64,000 nucleotides of DNA, from positions 128,001-192,000 of the forward strand of contig JBJMOW010000005.1 of the NCBI GenBank assembly GCA_045803545.1. Reading direction: 5' to 3'. The position numbers and the translations under genes were made by a program. Shown one piece after another: positions 60,309-64,000 of this stretch (the first letter of the stretch is position 1; the number at the start of each line of letters is the position of its first letter). The DNA comes from Gemmatimonadaceae bacterium. Lineage in GTDB: Bacteria; Gemmatimonadota; Gemmatimonadetes; Gemmatimonadales; Gemmatimonadaceae. Under the pieces are notes generated by a model. It saw only the letters and a list, made by a program, of their open reading frames with translations, was not told the DNA's origin and made no database searches.

Positions 60309-62207
60309 ATGGCAGAACCCGCAACCGGATTCGAACGCGACTTTGAGCAAGCCGCGTATTCGCCCGTGCCGTCCACCCCCGTAACCCCCTCCGACAGCCG
60401 CGCCGGCGAGCCAACCGATTCCGCGCAAGCGGAGCTCGCTTCGTTGATTCGACTTGGTACGATCAAGCAGGATGCCGGAAGCTTCGCTGAGGCTCAGGAT
60501 TGCTTCCGTCGCGCTCTCGATGTCGGCGACCGCATGTTCGGGCCCGATAACCCCGATTTGATCATACTGCTGAACGACGTTACGCGACTTTACCTCAAAC
60601 AATCCGCGTATACCTCGGCGGAGCCGCTACTCCTCCGGTTACTGGAGTTCAAGCGGAGCAAAGGTGAGGATCACCCCGAAGTTGCAACCGTTCTCGCGAG
60701 TCTTGCAACAGTGCGCCAAGGACTCGGCATGCATGAATCTGCCGAGCAACTGTGGCGCAAAGTGGTGGACATCCGCGAGCGCACGCTTGCGCCAAATCAC
60801 TTGGCCACCGCCAGCGCGCTCGAGCACCTCGGGGATGCGTGCGCCGCGCGAGGGAAAATCCGCGAAGCTCTGTCGGCTTTCCAGCATGCGCTGACGATCC
60901 GCGAGAAGACCCTCGGCGAGGAACACCCGAGTTTGCGTGTGGCTCGCGAGCGCATCGCCGATCTACAGCTCCAGGCATCCGACGACATGCTCGACTCAAC
61001 GTCGTTCGGCGATACGCCATCAACGCCAGACCGCTACCGTCTACTGTCCGGTGGGATCAGTGCCGATGTATCCGCGAGCCGGTTTCCTCCGCCCCTGACA
61101 TCGACGGCGGCACCGCCGACAAGAATGACTGCGCAAGTTGCTGCCAGGCCTTCGCCGATCACCGATTCGAAGCCGTCGCGCGGAAAGAAATCGGCCTCAT
61201 TGATGATTCCTCGGGGCTACATGCCTCCAGCCGCCCCCGCGATCGATGTCGAGAGGGATGACGACCGCGCTGAGCCGGTGAGAGTCGCGATGCCCTCAAT
61301 CGATCGGGCTTCGCAAAATGATGACGGTGAAGCCTCGTTGAAAACTGCAAATGCTTCTTACCGCGACGCGCTCGAAAGCCTTCGCCAAGAGCTCGATGGT
61401 GGACTTGCCGGGGAAACCATCGGCGAGCGCATAAGCCAAGTATTCGCGCCTGTGATGGCTTTCTTCGGCGCGCGGCAGGTAGTAGCCACAATCACGATTG
61501 TTGTACTGGGCCTGCTCGGAGTCGCGGTGGCCAGGGACAAGTATGCGTTTGGCGAAAGTGGCCAGCCGGTGGTGCAGATTGCGCCGACAGTTCCGTCGAG
61601 CGGGCTGGTCGCCACCGCGGCAGCCGAGCCGATTCCTACTCCGGTTTCTAATGGGTCGAACGCCGAGCGTAGTTCGGCAAAAGCCGTCAAGCCCCGCGTG
61701 GTAGAAGAACGCAGCCCGGCGCGGAAAGCCGCGGAGAAAAAGCCGGAGGCGCCGGCACGTGTGTCGATCCCGAGGCTTTCAACGGCTGTTTTGTCCGACC
61801 TCGACTCGATAGCAGCCAAAGCAGCAGCGGTCGGCAACCACACCAGGGATCCGGTCAACGTTCAGACCAATCTGCCCGCCATGAGCCAGCGTCGGCCAAC
61901 GTTCGATGACGATCAGGCCAATGCGCCTCAGCGCGCGCGCTTGATTGGCGAGTTGCCGGCACCGAAAGTTCCGGCACAGGTTGCCGATGTGGAAGGAGAG
62001 GTTCGCGTTCGCTTTAATGTCGATTCGCTTGGCCGCCCCGTTCTGGAAAGCTTTGCGGTGGTCAGCTCCCCGAATCCTTTGCTGACAGCTGCGGTGCGCA
62101 AAGTCATTCCGACGATGCGGTTCGAGCCGGCTAAAACGGCCGGCCCGGAGGTAAGAAGCATCGGCGACATCGTTCAAATCGGTTTTCAGTTTACCCGATC
62201 GAGATAA
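60309..62207 (+). CDS. TPR-repeat / TM / TonB C-terminal domain fusion
   Basis: About 42-aa TPR-like repeats (GPDNP, GEDHP, APNH, GEEHP), one TM, Pro/Ala linker, VEGEVRVRFNVDSLGR..RFEPA. Confidence 0.85.
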   Translation: MAEPATGFERDFEQAAYSPVPSTPVTPSDSRAGEPTDSAQAELASLIRLGTIKQDAGSFAEAQDCFRRALDVGDRMFGPDNPDLIILLNDVTRLYLKQSAYTSAEPLLLRLLEFKRSKGEDHPEVATVLASLATVRQGLGMHESAEQLWRKVVDIRERTLAPNHLATASALEHLGDACAARGKIREALSAFQHALTIREKTLGEEHPSLRVARERIADLQLQASDDMLDSTSFGDTPSTPDRYRLLSGGISADVSASRFPPPLTSTAAPPTRMTAQVAARPSPITDSKPSRGKKSASLMIPRGYMPPAAPAIDVERDDDRAEPVRVAMPSIDRASQNDDGEASLKTANASYRDALESLRQELDGGLAGETIGERISQVFAPVMAFFGARQVVATITIVVLGLLGVAVARDKYAFGESGQPVVQIAPTVPSSGLVATAAAEPIPTPVSNGSNAERSSAKAVKPRVVEERSPARKAAEKKPEAPARVSIPRLSTAVLSDLDSIAAKAAAVGNHTRDPVNVQTNLPAMSQRRPTFDDDQANAPQRARLIGELPAPKVPAQVADVEGEVRVRFNVDSLGRPVLESFAVVSSPNPLLTAAVRKVIPTMRFEPAKTAGPEVRSIGDIVQIGFQFTRSR

Positions 62208-62234
62208 CCGACCGATCTCGTACCGGGTGGGACG

Positions 62235-62265
62235 AAAAGGCTGGCTCGAAAGAGTTAGCCTTTTT
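62235..62265. terminator. Bidirectional intrinsic terminator between convergent genes
   Basis: AAAAGGCTGGCTC-GAAA-GAGTTAGCCTTTTT. Confidence 0.85.
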
Positions 62266-62288
62266 GTTATTTAGAACAACTGCGTGTG

Positions 62289-63578
62289 CTATCGCGCGCC
62301 AGTCCGTCGCGCGCGATCGGCCTGCATCACGCATGCGAAGAGTGCGTGACGCGACCCCAGCGAATGGATCTGCTTGAGGCAGCCGTCGTCCGTCGCTGAC
62401 AGCAGTTCTGCGTGATTCGCGATTGGCGAACTAACGTTCGAGGATAAACGCGCATCGGCGAGTTGCTGCTTCGTGAGTTGCGACGACGGCACCCAAACCA
62501 TGGCGTGATTGACGCCGGTTGAGACGGATGCCCAGCCGACAACAGAACCACCGCTGTTAATTGCGAGGGCGACGCTTGGCTTCGGATCCTCAGGAGTCAG
62601 CCTCAGAATCCCACCGCTTGCCGGCCACAGCGTAGCGACAATTGAACGAGATGTCGGCTCGAGTGCAGCGCCGACCGTATTTCCACCCGCGTTTACGCCG
62701 GCCGCGTACGCGTAGGTTGCCGACGGGTAATTGCCTAAAATCGTAAACCCGGTCGTTGCGGTCCACCGATATGCTACGACTACGCCTGATCCATCCAGCC
62801 AACCCACGACCGTGCCTGCTTCGTTCAGCGCGAGCCCAGTCACACTCGCTTCCGAATTATTGTTCGGTACGCCGAGCGGCTGGAATCCTGAATCCCTGCT
62901 CCATAGGTACGTCCGCCAGCACTGAGCGCTCCGCGTGCAAGTTGGCGCACGCGCGGTGAGCAGAGCGACGCCGTCGGGCGTTATTGCGCTCGCGCTGCCC
63001 TCATTGCTCGTCACCTGACCGGCGCTGGTTAAATCTGACTTTCCGTCGTGCGCGGACCAGATCCAGGCGTGCTGCCCGAGATCGCCGCCTGAGTCAAAAC
63101 CAACTACCTCACCTCGGTCATTGAAGCCTTGAGGGAAGGTGGAACTGGCCGACGGTATAAGAGGGACCGGCAATACCGAAATTGATCCCGAGGCGGACCA
63201 AACGACTGCGTCGCGCCCGCTCATGCCAAGTATTTGAGAATCCGTGCCGACCGTGCCATCAAGGATTGCCACGGCTTGGCTGCTCTGCTGCCCTGGCAAC
63301 GTGCCTAGATCGACCATTCCGGCGCCCGGAGTCCAACGGAACGCATGCGTGTCTCCACCCTTAGTTTCGGACCAGCCGACCACGACACCACTGCTGTTGA
63401 TCGCTGCAGCATAGCTCGAGCTTCCACCGAGGGTACCAAGATCAAGTCGGGTATAGCTTGTCACCGCAGATCGGGGCGAGGCATCCGTAACCGGCCCGTT
63501 CAGATTGGTCACCCCGTCCGACTGACTACAGGCGCTGATAGCGAAAGCGGTTGCCGCAACACAAGCTACGCGAAACAC
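62289..63578 (-). CDS. HAF-repeat extracellular lipoprotein
   Basis: Lipobox ISAC; repeats DLGTLGG..A.AINxxGxVVG..HAF.W. Confidence 0.85.
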   Translation of the reverse strand: MFRVACVAATAFAISACSQSDGVTNLNGPVTDASPRSAVTSYTRLDLGTLGGSSSYAAAINSSGVVVGWSETKGGDTHAFRWTPGAGMVDLGTLPGQQSSQAVAILDGTVGTDSQILGMSGRDAVVWSASGSISVLPVPLIPSASSTFPQGFNDRGEVVGFDSGGDLGQHAWIWSAHDGKSDLTSAGQVTSNEGSASAITPDGVALLTARAPTCTRSAQCWRTYLWSRDSGFQPLGVPNNNSEASVTGLALNEAGTVVGWLDGSGVVVAYRWTATTGFTILGNYPSATYAYAAGVNAGGNTVGAALEPTSRSIVATLWPASGGILRLTPEDPKPSVALAINSGGSVVGWASVSTGVNHAMVWVPSSQLTKQQLADARLSSNVSSPIANHAELLSATDDGCLKQIHSLGSRHALFACVMQADRARRTGAR

Positions 63579-63755
63579 AGGTGCTCACTGTTTGAATGAA
63601 GCCGGGGAGGGCAAATCGTACTCCCGCGCGCACTGAGCGTAATGAGGGACAAGGTAAAGCGCGTCGGAAAAAGCGTGGCGTCGGGAGCACAATCCTGTTG
63701 CCTTCCGGCGCGCGGAGGAGAGTAGCTGCACGGATTGTTGGTTGATCGGGGGCAT

Positions 63756-63792
63756 AAAAAAAGCCCCGACCTTTTCGGGGCCGGGCTTTTTT
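63756..63792 (-). terminator. Intrinsic terminator downstream of tmRNA
   Basis: GC-rich hairpin flanked by A7 and T6 tracts. Confidence 0.8.
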
Positions 63793-63797
63793 ATTAG

Positions 63798-64000
63798 TGG
63801 AGGCGCGGGGATTCGAACCCCGGTCCGAGACAAGATCGACCACAGCGTCTACGTGCGTGTTCCACCGATTGAGGTCTCCAGCCGCTGGCCAGTGGACAGC
63901 CCACTTCTGGACAAGTCTTCTAAGATTTCGCCGACTGACGGAAGACGCATCAGCCGACTATCCCGAATTTTCGATACCCTTAAAGCCGCCTCAGGAGGGC
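63798..64000 (-). ncRNA. ssrA: tmRNA, 3' portion (continues beyond the window)
   Basis: Minus strand ends ..CACGTAGA..GGACCGGGGTTCGAATCCCCGCGCCTCCA: T-arm and acceptor 3' strand with no adjacent anticodon arm. CCA is not encoded (CTA follows). Confidence 0.9.

Noticed and set aside
63798..63870. tRNA gene
   Set aside because: T-arm and acceptor 3' strand are present, but no D-arm or anticodon arm at tRNA spacing; the pattern fits tmRNA.
1..64000. CRISPR array, IS/transposase, integrase, prophage or defence system
   Set aside because: No spaced direct-repeat arrays or recognisable mobile or defence proteins were seen.

Overview
A GC-rich bacterial core-genome window, densely packed into long translationally coupled operons. 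Gene content and style suggest Gemmatimonadota, but that is inference. From left to right: (1) an amidohydrolase pair and a serine hydrolase; (2) rpmA-rplU and an RNase E/G gene with a structured leader; (3) a long minus-strand run with acyl-CoA dehydrogenase, M16 peptidase, recQ and a branched-chain acyl-CoA cluster (B12 mutase with isobutyryl-CoA-mutase-type residues, MeaB, carboxyltransferase, AtuA-like pair, hydratase), headed by aspS-phoH-ybeY; (4) rlmN; (5) a trpCFB-[HEAT protein + HD-GYP]-trpA-folBK-panBC-yqeK operon divergent from lexA; (6) a 17-kb plus-strand operon: truA, degenerate transaldolase, HtrA, purBC, psd-pssA, purSQLF, ppdK and a GT4-deacetylase-flippase triad; (7) a small accessory block (split DsbD, DUF421, Arg-motif small protein, TPR-TonB fusion, HAF-repeat lipoprotein); (8) the 3' part of tmRNA. 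I saw no CRISPR array, IS element, integrase or prophage. Best leads: a HEAT/HD-GYP pair sharing an N-terminal domain inside the trp operon, a transaldolase lacking its Schiff-base lysine, probable CTG start codons (including aspS), a candidate LexA operator overlapping trpC, an amino-glycolipid-type triad, and an unannotated 56-aa membrane protein. All family calls come from motif recognition only; no searches were run.
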